Both the position numbers and the translations under genes were made by a program. From positions 1,728,001-1,792,000 of the forward strand of contig CBDBLV010000005.1 of the NCBI GenBank assembly GCA_965207225.1: a DNA stretch of 64,000 bases, read 5' to 3'. The notes below the pieces were generated by a model. That model saw only the letters and a list, made by a program, of their open reading frames with translations. It was not told where the DNA came from and did not search any database. Positions 9,023 through 18,389 of this stretch are shown here, piece by piece (position 1 is the stretch's first letter; each line of letters begins with the position of its first letter). Origin of the DNA: Dehalococcoidia bacterium. Lineage in GTDB: Bacteria; Chloroflexota; Dehalococcoidia; Plut-88900.

Positions 9023-10087
9023 ATGAGACGCAACAGCCTGATCAGCTCTCGTCCCACCCGGGCCCTGCGCGAACGCCCGGCCACCGACACGCGCCTGCTC
9101 CCCTCACCCTTTCCTCCAGGCGATGGAAGGTCCATCGACTCTCCGCGGCACACCTGTCTTCCAGGTCTACCCCGCGGCTGCGCCCCCTCATTAGGGCGTC
9201 TAGCCCCCGCCATGCGCGAGGGGCTCTACCCCGACTTTGTCGGGTCCCCCGAGGGCATTGCGCCCCGGGACTACTCCCCCGTCTTCCCCCTCGGAGATCC
9301 CCTTTCACCCGGAGACGGCAAAGAGTCTGCGCTCCCATCCCTCCGAATGGTAGAGCGTCTCCCGCATACGGACAGGCCGCAAGGGGAAACTCCCTCCAGC
9401 CCTGCCGACTTGCGGGTCTGGCGCAGCTTGGCCCCCCCGCCCCTGCGCCCTGGTCATGGTCCTTCCATCGCCTACCCGGCCCTTCCCTTCTCCGTACTCC
9501 CCGACCCCCGGTGTGGGGCCGCTCACGCTGAGGCCACTCGAAGGGTCGAGCGAGGGGTGGCCCACATCCGACTGTCACGTCTCGCCGGTCATCCCCGCCC
9601 ACCCTATGCCGTCATCCCCTCCCCACCCACCAGTACCAAACTAGGGGCAAGCGCCTGCGCCAGGGCGCAGGCGCTTGCCCCTGTTTTTCTCTCCCCGTCG
9701 AGGGACTCGGGGCAGGCTCTTAGGGCCATTAAGGGAGAGGGGGAGAGGGAGACCAAGGGGGTGAGGGTTTCATCCCCGATCCTTAAACAATCAAAGCCGT
9801 GCCTGAAACCGCAAAACAATCAAAAACCCGCCCCCTCCCCTTCGTCATTCCCGACTCCGATCGGGAATCCATCCCCGTGGGGCGCGGTGCGGCGGGGATC
9901 TCCCCTGCACCACGCGAAATCCCCAGAAAACCCTTTAGGCGTCGTTCAATCAAACCAGCTACGAGTTCAATCAACTTTCAATCAACGTTCAATCAAAACC
10001 TCCCCCCACCCACTACCCGAAAATCGAAGACCACCATACGCTATAATGCCCCGAGACACCTTCCCCCGCCGGAGAACCCGACCATGA
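9023..10087 (+). CDS. Orphan Pro/Arg/Ser-rich ORF of doubtful coding status
   Basis: AAGGAG at 9013-9018 before ATG 9023, downstream of the strong promoter. First ~27 codons mostly C/G-ending, but the 3' half reads through repeats and no domain was recognised. Confidence 0.25.
   Translation: MRRNSLISSRPTRALRERPATDTRLLPSPFPPGDGRSIDSPRHTCLPGLPRGCAPSLGRLAPAMREGLYPDFVGSPEGIAPRDYSPVFPLGDPLSPGDGKESALPSLRMVERLPHTDRPQGETPSSPADLRVWRSLAPPPLRPGHGPSIAYPALPFSVLPDPRCGAAHAEATRRVERGVAHIRLSRLAGHPRPPYAVIPSPPTSTKLGASACARAQALAPVFLSPSRDSGQALRAIKGEGERETKGVRVSSPILKQSKPCLKPQNNQKPAPSPSSFPTPIGNPSPWGAVRRGSPLHHAKSPENPLGVVQSNQLRVQSTFNQRSIKTSPHPLPENRRPPYAIMPRDTFPRRRTRP
9631..9769 (+). repeat. Composite hairpin module B
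   Basis: CAGTACcaAACT, perfect 18-bp stem (9643-9660/9665-9682), GTTTTT, inner segment inverted relative to module A, CAAGGGGGTGAGGGTT. Confidence 0.85.
9841..9877 (+). repeat. CGTC-tagged REP-like palindrome, family 1 copy b
   Basis: TTCGTCATTCCCGACTCCGATCGGGAATCCATCCCCG; one mismatch to 8532-8568. Confidence 0.85.
9944..9997 (+). repeat. Phased direct repeats, core TTCAATCAA x4
   Basis: Units begin at 9944, 9965, 9976 and 9987 (spacing 21, 11, 11), upstream of TATAAT at 10042-10047. Confidence 0.8.
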
Positions 10088-11115
10088 GAATGGACTTCAG
10101 CGTCGCCTGGGGCCGAGCCCTCGCCTCCTACGAAATCGCCGACCACGCTGCCGCCGCAGAGCAGGCCGGCTTCGACATGCTCGGCATCATCGATACCCAG
10201 AACCTTGCCCGGGACCCCTATCCCGCCATGACCATAGCCGCCCTCAACACCAACCGCGTGCGCATCGGGCCCTCAGTGACCAACACCTTCACCCGGCACC
10301 CCGCAGTCACCGCCAACGCCATGGCCACCATCGACGAGATATCCGGGGGCCGGGCCTGGGTGGGGCTGGGGTCGGGGTTCAGCGCAGCCCGCACAATGGA
10401 CATCAACGTCCGTCCCATGGCGCTGCTCGAAAACGTCATCAACTTCATCCACACCTACACATCCGGGCACGAGGCCGAGTTTAACGGCGCCAAAATGCAC
10501 AACGAGTGGATACAGCGTCGACTCCCGGTGTACGTTCACGCCGCAGGCCCTAGGACCTGCGAAATCGCCGGTCGGCTGGGCGACGGCGTGCTCCTCTGTT
10601 CCAAGGGCAGCCCCATCGTCGCCAAGTGGTGCCTGGACCTGGTCCACCGGGCCGCCGAAAAGGCGGGTCGGGACCCCGACGACATCGACATCCGCGTCTG
10701 TCTCCCCCTCTACGTTGAGGAGGACGGAGACAGGGGTTGGGACGAGATGGCCGCCTCCGTCGCCACCATGTGTACTGGCTTCTATCTCTCCATCTTCCGC
10801 CACGACTCCAACCCCGACGTCCAGAGCCTGATCAGTCAGATCGACTCAGACCTGCTCCAGGAACTCAAGCGCGTCCACGACGCCTACGACTACTACCAGC
10901 ACGAACGCGTCGACGCCGACCACGCTAGGCTCGTCACCCGGCAACTCATAGACTTCGTCGGCATGTACGGCACCGCCGACCAGATCCGCGAACGTGTCTA
11001 CGAATTGCAGCAGGCCGGGGTCAAGGCGCTCGACTGCCACATGTGGACCTTTATCGACAAGAAGAAGCAGATGAGTCTTATCGGCGAAAGTATCATGCCC
11101 TATTTCAGGAACTAG
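10084..11115 (+). CDS. LLM-class oxidoreductase (Mer-like subfamily)
   Basis: GGAG RBS then ATG 10084. Motifs AEQAGFD, IGPSVTNTFTRHPAVTANAMATIDEISGGRAWVGLGSG, AAGPRT.EIAGRLGDG. Confidence 0.88.
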   Translation: MRMDFSVAWGRALASYEIADHAAAAEQAGFDMLGIIDTQNLARDPYPAMTIAALNTNRVRIGPSVTNTFTRHPAVTANAMATIDEISGGRAWVGLGSGFSAARTMDINVRPMALLENVINFIHTYTSGHEAEFNGAKMHNEWIQRRLPVYVHAAGPRTCEIAGRLGDGVLLCSKGSPIVAKWCLDLVHRAAEKAGRDPDDIDIRVCLPLYVEEDGDRGWDEMAASVATMCTGFYLSIFRHDSNPDVQSLISQIDSDLLQELKRVHDAYDYYQHERVDADHARLVTRQLIDFVGMYGTADQIRERVYELQQAGVKALDCHMWTFIDKKKQMSLIGESIMPYFRN

Positions 11116-11142
11116 CCCCTCGCCCCACACGGAGGACTGACC

Positions 11143-12003
11143 ATGACCGACAATTCAAACAGAGGCATCACCGACTGGCACACTCATTGCTACCTCCCCG
11201 AGCACCGCAGCAAAGAGGCCATGGCTGAGCGCATCAAGTACGGCGTCCGCGGCGGCGAGGCCTGGCCCGACGAACACCGCGCCGCCATGGACAATGCCAA
11301 CGCTACCCAGTTCGCCGTCATAAACGTCCCCCGGCGCCCGGGCCACGACGTCCCCAACGAGTTCATATCCGAGTACTGTGCTCAATACCCGGGTCGGGCT
11401 ATTGGCTTTGCCTCCGTCCACCCGAACGACCCCACCGCCTTCGATGACTTCGAAAACAGTGTCAAGAATCTGGGGCTCAAGGGGTTGAAGCTCTCTCCCG
11501 TCTACCAGGCCTTCGACCCCTGGTCCCCGGAGGCCTGGCGCCTCTACTACATGGCCCAGGACTTCGGCGTGCCCGTCATGTTCCACATGGGCGGCATGTA
11601 TGACCCCAAGGGCACCCTGGAGTGGGGAGACGTGCTGACGTTGGACAAGGTCGCCATGGCATGCCGGGACCTGAAGATAATCGTCGCCCACTTCGGCCAG
11701 CCCCAGATGCAGGAGACCGTCATGCTCCTGCGCAAGAACCTCAACGTCTTCACCGACCTCTCCGCCCGGTTCCACCGCAAGTGGCAGCTCTACAACGGCC
11801 TCCAGGTGGCCATCGAATACAAGGTCACCGACCGCATCCTCTTCGGCTCCGACTTCCCAGTCATGCCTCCTGCCCAGGCCGCCGACATCTTCCGAAACTT
11901 CAACGAGTGGGGAGACGGCATCAAGCTTCCCCCCATCCCCCCAGACCTCATAGACGACATCCTCCACAACCGACCCTTCTCCATGATGGGCATAGAGGCC
12001 TAG
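11143..12003 (+). CDS. Amidohydrolase_2 family metal-dependent hydrolase/decarboxylase
   Basis: Motifs DWHTH, GLKGLKL, VMFHMG, IIVAHFG, LFGSDFP. Close paralog of 54077-54925. Confidence 0.9.
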   Translation: MTDNSNRGITDWHTHCYLPEHRSKEAMAERIKYGVRGGEAWPDEHRAAMDNANATQFAVINVPRRPGHDVPNEFISEYCAQYPGRAIGFASVHPNDPTAFDDFENSVKNLGLKGLKLSPVYQAFDPWSPEAWRLYYMAQDFGVPVMFHMGGMYDPKGTLEWGDVLTLDKVAMACRDLKIIVAHFGQPQMQETVMLLRKNLNVFTDLSARFHRKWQLYNGLQVAIEYKVTDRILFGSDFPVMPPAQAADIFRNFNEWGDGIKLPPIPPDLIDDILHNRPFSMMGIEA

Positions 12004-12019
12004 ACCTGCATCCCCCTCC

Positions 12020-12048
12020 CATCCCGAGGCCCCGCGAGGGATCTGAGG
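12020..12048 (+). repeat. REP-like element, family 3 copy
   Basis: CATCCCGAGGCCCCGCGAGGGATCTGAGG between convergent genes. Confidence 0.7.
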
Positions 12049-12102
12049 CAATGTTCCAATGGGACGTTCAATCGGAGCTTCCCGCGTCTCCCATGTCAGG
12101 GC

Positions 12103-13095
12103 CTAAAGCCTCCACGCCACCTCCCCCAACCCCTTCAGCGTCTCCATCCGGTTCTCGGCGGGCAACCGGAAGACGACCTCCTCAGGCCCGAGTCTCACAA
12201 TCTCCCTCACCCGCTCCCGACACTCCTCCATTGTCCCAACGATGGCCGCATGTCTAACCAGAGCGTCGGAGGCCAACCCCTCCCCACCCCCAGACGGTGA
12301 CCTCCCGAAGGACTTGGCCCCCCTGATCGCGGCAACCTCATCCTGGAGTGACTCTGGCATCTCCTCTCGCCAGGTCGCCGGGGCTCGACGCAGCTGATAG
12401 GTGACCACGGGCCTAACCCGTTCTATCGCCTTGTCCGGACTGTCATCCCATGAGATGGTGAGTTGCACGTGTGCCTCAACTTTACCCGGGCCCCGGCCCG
12501 CGGACTGCGCCGCCTCTCTCAGCCTCCGCACCTTGAGGCCCATAGCCGTCGTGTTCGATGGCCCTGCTATCAACGCACCATCGGTCAGCCTTCCGGCCAG
12601 TTCCGTCATTCTCGGGCCCCAGACCGACAGGTAGACCGGCACTCGACGCCCCACTGCTTGTACCCGGTACGTCCCTCTCCCTTCAACCTCGACCTCCTTA
12701 CCGTACACCAATGCTTGTAGGTCCCGTAGCCTCGCCTCGAACTGCGCCATCGACTCCGTCGCGTATCCGAGCGCATTCGCCGATCCGGGTGCCCCCCTCC
12801 CCACCCCCAACACCGCCCGACCATTGCTCAAATCATCCAGCGTCGCGATCCCGTTGGCAATCACGGAAATGTGCCTTGTTAGAGGATTCGACACCCCCGG
12901 CCCGAGCTTGATTTTGTTGGTCGCCTGTGCCGCGACGGCTAATGCGATGTATGCGTCCTTTGTGTAGATAGTCGTATCCCATATCCACAGCGTCGAAAAC
13001 CCTATCGCCTCGGCTTCCCGGGCCACAACACCGATTCCGCTTACCGAGGCCCAGGGGTCGGCCCACGTGATTATTCCGAATCGGGTGTCCGCCAA
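12103..13095 (-). CDS. LLM-class oxidoreductase (Mer-like subfamily)
   Basis: TTG start after GAGGAG. Motifs GFSTLWIWD, LGPGVSNPLTRH, ATLDDLSNGRAVLGVGRG, GPRMTELAGRLTDG. Confidence 0.87.
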   Translation of the reverse strand: MADTRFGIITWADPWASVSGIGVVAREAEAIGFSTLWIWDTTIYTKDAYIALAVAAQATNKIKLGPGVSNPLTRHISVIANGIATLDDLSNGRAVLGVGRGAPGSANALGYATESMAQFEARLRDLQALVYGKEVEVEGRGTYRVQAVGRRVPVYLSVWGPRMTELAGRLTDGALIAGPSNTTAMGLKVRRLREAAQSAGRGPGKVEAHVQLTISWDDSPDKAIERVRPVVTYQLRRAPATWREEMPESLQDEVAAIRGAKSFGRSPSGGGEGLASDALVRHAAIVGTMEECRERVREIVRLGPEEVVFRLPAENRMETLKGLGEVAWRL

Positions 13096-13206
13096 GCGTG
13101 GTCTCCTCTTATGCCGAGCATCGGACGGGTGTAACGTAGTCGAGCGCACAGTATAATCTCTCTCGCGACGCCCCCTTGAAACACTCTTCTCCGAGGTAAT
13201 GATGTA

Positions 13207-14781
13207 ATGCTAGATCTTCTCATCAACAACGGAATGATCATCGATGGCGCAGGAGGGCCCGGCTTCTACGCGTCGGTCGGAGTCCAGGGTGAGGAACTCG
13301 AGATCATTCGCGGCGACGTTTCCCACGTGCAGGCCGCCCGGGTCATCGACGCCACCGGTCACGTAGTCTCTCCCGGCTTTATCGACGTCCACTCCCACGG
13401 CGGCTTTACCATCCTCAAAGAGCCGCTCCACGAGCCCAAGGTCCGGCAGGGCGTCACCACCGAGCTCATCGGCATCGATGGCAACTCCGCTGCCCCATTC
13501 AAGACCCAGGAAGACCTCCACCGATTTATCGAAATGGACGCGGGTCTCAATGACAGGCCTCCTATGCCCACCGACTGGTCCTCCGTCGCCGATTTCCTGG
13601 CTCTCTACAACAACAACGTCTCCGTCAACATCTGCTACATCCTCGGCAACTCACCCGTCCGCATCTGGTCCGTCGGCTGGGACGACAGGCCCGCCACCGG
13701 CGCCGAGATCGAAGACATGAAGTCGGTAATCCGAGAAGCGATGGAGGACGGGGCCTTTGGCCTGTCCACGGGCCTGGACTACCCTCCTGGCGGCTACGCC
13801 GACACCAATGAACTCATAGAGCTTTCCAAGACCACCAACGCAATGGGAGGCTTCTATCACACCCACACCCGGGCCTCCCTCAAGTCTCAGGGCCTCCTTG
13901 CCCCGTGGCACGAGGCCATCGAGATAGGCCGCAAGAGCGACATCCCCGTCCACCTCACCCACTATCGTCAGAGCGCCCAGGGAGTCGGGTCTCACCTTGA
14001 TTACATAGGCCTCGTGGAAGACGCCCGAGCCGAGGGCATGGACGTCACCTTCGACTGCTATCCCTACATATACTCCAGCACGCGGGCGACCATTGAGCTT
14101 CCCCTATGGACCATGGACGGCGGCCCGGAGCGTATCTTCGAAGTCCTTTCCGACCCCGACGACAGGGCCCGACTCGTCGCCGAAATGAAGGCCGGCGGCC
14201 GGGATGCGACTGCCAACTGGCTCACCAACCTGCAAAAGGAGCACAACAAGCAGTACGAGGGCTTATCGGTGAAGGAGATCGGGCGGATGCGGGGCCAGGA
14301 CCCTCTGGACGCCTTTCTGGACATCCTCCAGGACGACGGCCTGGACCTGTGCATCGTCGGTCTGGGGACCAACGCCAATACCCTGCCCGCGTTCGTTTCC
14401 CACCCGTGCGGCATGGTCGGGAGCGACGCCGTGCTGATGGGCGAGTTCCCCAGCCCCAGGACCTACGGCTGCTTCCCCGTCATCCTCGCCGAGAACGTAC
14501 GCGCCGAGAAGCAACTGCAACTGCCGGAGGCCATCCGCAAGATGACCTCCTTCCCGGCCCAGCGCCTGGGCCTCAAGTCCCGGGGCCTCCTCCGCGACGG
14601 CTACAAGGCCGATATCACCATCTTCAACCCCGAGACCGTCAAAGCCCCCGCAACCCGAGAAAACCCCAAGCAGTTCCCCCTCGGAATCCCCTACGTCATA
14701 GTCAACGGCAAAGTCGTCGTCGACGAAGGCCAGCACTCAGGACGACTGCCGGGTCGGGCGCTGAGGTTTGGTCGGGACTAG
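13207..14781 (+). CDS. N-acyl-D-amino-acid deacylase (D-aminoacylase) family
   Basis: Motifs PGFIDVHSH, QGVTTE, GAFGLSTGLDYPPG, DCYPY, GSDA, PRTYGCFP, AIRKMTSFPA. TATAAT at 13152. Confidence 0.9.
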   Translation: MLDLLINNGMIIDGAGGPGFYASVGVQGEELEIIRGDVSHVQAARVIDATGHVVSPGFIDVHSHGGFTILKEPLHEPKVRQGVTTELIGIDGNSAAPFKTQEDLHRFIEMDAGLNDRPPMPTDWSSVADFLALYNNNVSVNICYILGNSPVRIWSVGWDDRPATGAEIEDMKSVIREAMEDGAFGLSTGLDYPPGGYADTNELIELSKTTNAMGGFYHTHTRASLKSQGLLAPWHEAIEIGRKSDIPVHLTHYRQSAQGVGSHLDYIGLVEDARAEGMDVTFDCYPYIYSSTRATIELPLWTMDGGPERIFEVLSDPDDRARLVAEMKAGGRDATANWLTNLQKEHNKQYEGLSVKEIGRMRGQDPLDAFLDILQDDGLDLCIVGLGTNANTLPAFVSHPCGMVGSDAVLMGEFPSPRTYGCFPVILAENVRAEKQLQLPEAIRKMTSFPAQRLGLKSRGLLRDGYKADITIFNPETVKAPATRENPKQFPLGIPYVIVNGKVVVDEGQHSGRLPGRALRFGRD

Positions 14782-14831
14782 TCCCCGTTAGCCGTAATTC
14801 CGTTCCCCAACCTGGAATCGAAGGGAGGGGT

Positions 14832-14867
14832 GGGGCGCTCGTGCTGAGGCTCTCGAAGTATGGGCGG
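14832..14867 (+). repeat. REP-like hairpin, family 2 copy
   Basis: GGGGCGCTCGTGCTGAGGCTCTCGAAGTATGGGCGG; nearly identical to 8575-8611. Confidence 0.8.
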
Positions 14868-15014
14868 CTCGGTGAATCCTCTCTCATCTCCCTCGACATT
14901 GAAAGGCAAATGTGAAGGTATTTCCGTGTATTCCCAATTCAAGTTCCAGAAACAAACCTTAAATACCGACTGCGGAAATCCAAACGCAAATCTAAAGCGA
15001 TAAGTGTAGGAACT

Positions 15015-16091
15015 CTAGGCAGGATTTATATACAGCACTTTGACTTCGTGCTCATCTGTATTCTGGGTATCGATGGTTAAGCTGAGTTCAGATTCTAGCG
15101 ATAGGTTAAGGCCTCCCCAAAGATAATGATCGTTCCATGCAAAATCATATACTGCTAGTCTATCATCATCCATAACGTACCCGTCAGGCTTATATACAAA
15201 AACAGAAAAATCGCAATCTAGTGTGGCGGTTACTTTAACTAGAAGTTGGGTGGAAGATAATTCTCGCACGTCCAAAACGTGCAAATCACTTATTCCATAT
15301 AAGCGATCCAGAAACGGTGATTCGTATTCTACGGATAGTCCCAGGTCGGCGGGGTCCCATTCGTAACCAGAGTAGATCTTTAAAAGGGAGTCCACAATCA
15401 TTCTTTCAGTGTCCAAATCAAGCTGGGATAATTTGAGCCTTGGGCGTACATAAACGTCCACAAATTCCGATAGTGAAGGCATTAAGACCACTTTATCTTT
15501 TGATATGCCACGCAGTTTCAAGTCATTGATAAGGTCTGGATGTAAGGAATTCTTTTTCTTCTTGTGCCTCTTACCTTTGTCGTCCTTGTCTGTGTTGGCA
15601 AAGTCTGGATCCTCCGATACAAGTATAACTGGATCGCTTACAGCAGAGGCCAAATCTATTACCGTGTCCCATACCAACGCATCTCTGTAACCCGATCCGG
15701 TTTCATCGAACGGCTTTTGTCTAGACGCGGCTCGGTGCACCAAATCTTCATGTAGCGTGGTTGGATATTCCACGATAATTGAGCCAGATTCATTGATTTT
15801 GGATTCGAATCTCTTCAGATATTGTGCATTCTCCGTTTCCTTATCAAGATTGTCTATCGAGGATTGGAGACATTGCCCCAGACGTCTAGAAAGGAAGTCC
15901 AGACCTTTGCTTACTTTCTTCGTCTCGCGATCCAGCATCCTGGCAAAATCAGCGGCAACTTCCACAAATACAAGTTTCGGAACACAGACCTTATAACCAG
16001 CGAGGGATGACGTCGAAGTAAATAACTCAAAAAGACGGCTATCCCCGTAGCCCTCGCTGATGATTACACTGGAATCCAAAACAACATACAT
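15015..16091 (-). CDS. PIN-like domain protein (DUF4935-like) with acidic C-terminal extension
   Basis: Motifs VVLDSSV, PKLVFVE, KPF.....GYRDALVW, ILVSEDPDF. Visibly more AT-rich than its flanks. Confidence 0.75.
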   Translation of the reverse strand: MYVVLDSSVIISEGYGDSRLFELFTSTSSLAGYKVCVPKLVFVEVAADFARMLDRETKKVSKGLDFLSRRLGQCLQSSIDNLDKETENAQYLKRFESKINESGSIIVEYPTTLHEDLVHRAASRQKPFDETGSGYRDALVWDTVIDLASAVSDPVILVSEDPDFANTDKDDKGKRHKKKKNSLHPDLINDLKLRGISKDKVVLMPSLSEFVDVYVRPRLKLSQLDLDTERMIVDSLLKIYSGYEWDPADLGLSVEYESPFLDRLYGISDLHVLDVRELSSTQLLVKVTATLDCDFSVFVYKPDGYVMDDDRLAVYDFAWNDHYLWGGLNLSLESELSLTIDTQNTDEHEVKVLYINPA

Positions 16092-16279
16092 GCTCTACGT
16101 GACTTTAGTTTTAGCCATTGGGCTACAGCTTTTGTATTCTTTAGACATAGAAATATAATCTGCCAAATTGCATCACTGCGATGTCCATTTAACAGTTTAA
16201 CCAGGGCATAGTCATGGTGCTACGCCTTTGTCGTAGATCTACAAGACTATCGGACTTGCTATTGTCCAAGAGCGACCCC

Positions 16280-17128
16280 CTAAAACGCATCCCCACCCCG
16301 CACATAAGCCCCCAGACTCTGCCCCGTGTTGCGGTTCACCAGGTTCCGGCCAAACATCGGGTGCTTCATTCCCCGGACTTCGTGCTCGATTTCGAACAGC
16401 AGATCCCCCGAGTCCGGGTCTACGATCTTCTGAAACCGGAACTGGTGGTTGCGGATCTCCTCGGTGATCAGGCCCCGTTCCTCCAGCGCGTTGAACGGCC
16501 CCGAGAACCCGGCCACGTATATAGCGATGTGATGCCCGTCGTACTCGGCAATATCCCCGTTTGACTCTGTAAACCGCAGCTCCTGGCCTGTCCCGACGCT
16601 CACCTTGGCCATCCCGTCGGCAACCGACGCCGGCGCCTCCATCACCTCCCGGTAGAACCTCGCTATGCCGTCCGCAGTGCCTGCCGGAACATCGAACTCC
16701 ACGTAGGGAATGCCCAGCGACATCTCGCCGAACTTGTCCGAGCCGCCATCGTAGCAGTGGAAGGTGTTTCCCCAGGGGCCCGTGACCACGACGCAGCAAT
16801 GCTTGTCCTCCCAGGCAAACTCCGTTCCCTCCAGCCGCTCCTCCACCCCCGAGAGCTGCTCCCTTAACTGGTCCAGGCTTGGGACCACGAGCCCGACGTG
16901 GCCGCGCAATTGCTGTGCATCGCTGGTCGGGAGGTGGAACTGCTGGTCACCCAGGTTTACCCACATGTTGTCCAGCCCGACCATCAGGTACGGGTCCCGG
17001 GTCCCGCCCAGCGCCCCAACGTAGAAGGCCGTCGCCGTCGATTGGTCGGGGACTGTCAGGTTCACGTGTTCCAGCCCGACTATATTTCCGACATCCTCCA
17101 GTTCCGGTGTATAAGCTTGCTCGCTCAT
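16280..17128 (-). CDS. VOC/glyoxalase-fold protein
   Basis: ATG 17128 after GGGG. Motifs LEHVNLTVPD..ATAFY..ALG, QQFHLP, DGHHIAIYV; two VOC-like repeats. Confidence 0.7.
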   Translation of the reverse strand: MSEQAYTPELEDVGNIVGLEHVNLTVPDQSTATAFYVGALGGTRDPYLMVGLDNMWVNLGDQQFHLPTSDAQQLRGHVGLVVPSLDQLREQLSGVEERLEGTEFAWEDKHCCVVVTGPWGNTFHCYDGGSDKFGEMSLGIPYVEFDVPAGTADGIARFYREVMEAPASVADGMAKVSVGTGQELRFTESNGDIAEYDGHHIAIYVAGFSGPFNALEERGLITEEIRNHQFRFQKIVDPDSGDLLFEIEHEVRGMKHPMFGRNLVNRNTGQSLGAYVRGGDAF

Positions 17129-17187
17129 ATCGTCCCCCTGCCTGGTGTTCCTGTTTCCACTTCTTTGCCGTGCACAACCGGCTTGGT

Positions 17188-18369
17188 CTAACGCTTCACC
17201 CCGCCCGGGTTCAGTATCTCCCTGGCGATCAACATCTTGTTCACTTCCTGCGCCCCTTCCCCGATGCGCCGCACCCGTGCCTCCCTGTACCAGCGCTCCA
17301 ATGGCATCTCCCGGGTTACCCCGTAGCCGCCGTGCACCTGCAGCGACCTGTCTACGACACGGGCCAATACGTCCGCCGAGTGCAGCTTGGCAATCGATGC
17401 TTCCTGGCGGAAGTCTTCGCCCGCATCGAATTTCCAGGCGGCTTCCCAGATCAGCCACCGGCAGGTGCGGATCTCCACCTCGGAGTCGACCAGCATCCAC
17501 TGGATCGCCTGTCGGGTGGACAAGGGCGCCCCGAAGGTCTCCCGGGTCTTCGAATACTCCACGGCCATACGATGTGCCGCCACCGAGACCCCCAAATTCG
17601 CCGCCGAATAGGGTATCCGGCTCCGAGCCAGGAGTTTGTTGGCCAACAGGTCCCATCCCCCATCCACCTCACCCAGGACGTTGCGAGAAGGAACGCGCAG
17701 GTCCTGGAAAAAGAGCTGGGCGGGCGTGTAGGCCCGGATCACGGGTATCGGCGTCAGGTCGAAGCCTGGCCATGAGTTCTCCACAACGAACGCCGTTACA
17801 CCCCGACGCGTCTCCGGGTTGGTGCGTGCGAACACGATGCCCCAGTCCCCCCACAGCGCCCCCGAGATGAAGACCTTGCTGCCGTTGATGATCCAATCAT
17901 CGCCGTCTCGGACGGCTCGAGTCTGGATGGCGCGGGCGGGATCGGAGCCGCCGCTGGGCTCCGTAATGGCGAACCAGGCCTTGCGCCGGCCCTGGACGGT
18001 CGGTATTCCGTAGGTGTCCCGCAGGTAATCGTTGCCCGCGAAGATGATCTCGGGAGGCGGCTCCCCCATCGTCCCGTACACTGGACAGTAAAGCCCGGCG
18101 GCGTGCTGGACCAATTCTTCGTCAATCACAGCTTGCGAAAAGATAGAAAGCCCCCCGCCCCCGAACTCCGAGGGGACGCCCGTGCACCACATCCCCATGT
18201 CTTTTGCAATCGGGACCAACCGGTCGTACTCCTCCTGGGGCAGGTGGATGGAGTCGTGGGGAATCTGCTGCTCCAATGGCACGATTTCGTTGCGGACATA
18301 GTCCCTGACTGCGCCCGCGGCCATCCTCAGTTGCTCGGGAAGCTGGTAGCGTTCTGTGGAGTCGGGCAT
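17188..18369 (-). CDS. Acyl-CoA dehydrogenase
   Basis: Motifs FAITEPSGGSD, INGSKVFIS, RETFG, LQVHGGYG, and RIGEG with catalytic Glu. Confidence 0.93.
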   Translation of the reverse strand: MPDSTERYQLPEQLRMAAGAVRDYVRNEIVPLEQQIPHDSIHLPQEEYDRLVPIAKDMGMWCTGVPSEFGGGGLSIFSQAVIDEELVQHAAGLYCPVYGTMGEPPPEIIFAGNDYLRDTYGIPTVQGRRKAWFAITEPSGGSDPARAIQTRAVRDGDDWIINGSKVFISGALWGDWGIVFARTNPETRRGVTAFVVENSWPGFDLTPIPVIRAYTPAQLFFQDLRVPSRNVLGEVDGGWDLLANKLLARSRIPYSAANLGVSVAAHRMAVEYSKTRETFGAPLSTRQAIQWMLVDSEVEIRTCRWLIWEAAWKFDAGEDFRQEASIAKLHSADVLARVVDRSLQVHGGYGVTREMPLERWYREARVRRIGEGAQEVNKMLIAREILNPGGVKR

Positions 18370-18389
18370 TTCGATGCTCCCGGCCGAGG

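Noticed and set aside
8960-9630. Possible RNase P, tmRNA, SRP RNA or riboswitch
   Set aside because: Hallmark motifs (e.g. GAGGAAAGTCC, tRNA-like ends, the SRP GGAA loop context) were not found by eye. An Rfam scan is still needed.
8532-9997. Possible CRISPR array
   Set aside because: Repeats belong to different families with irregular spacing, there is no repeat-spacer periodicity, and no cas genes.
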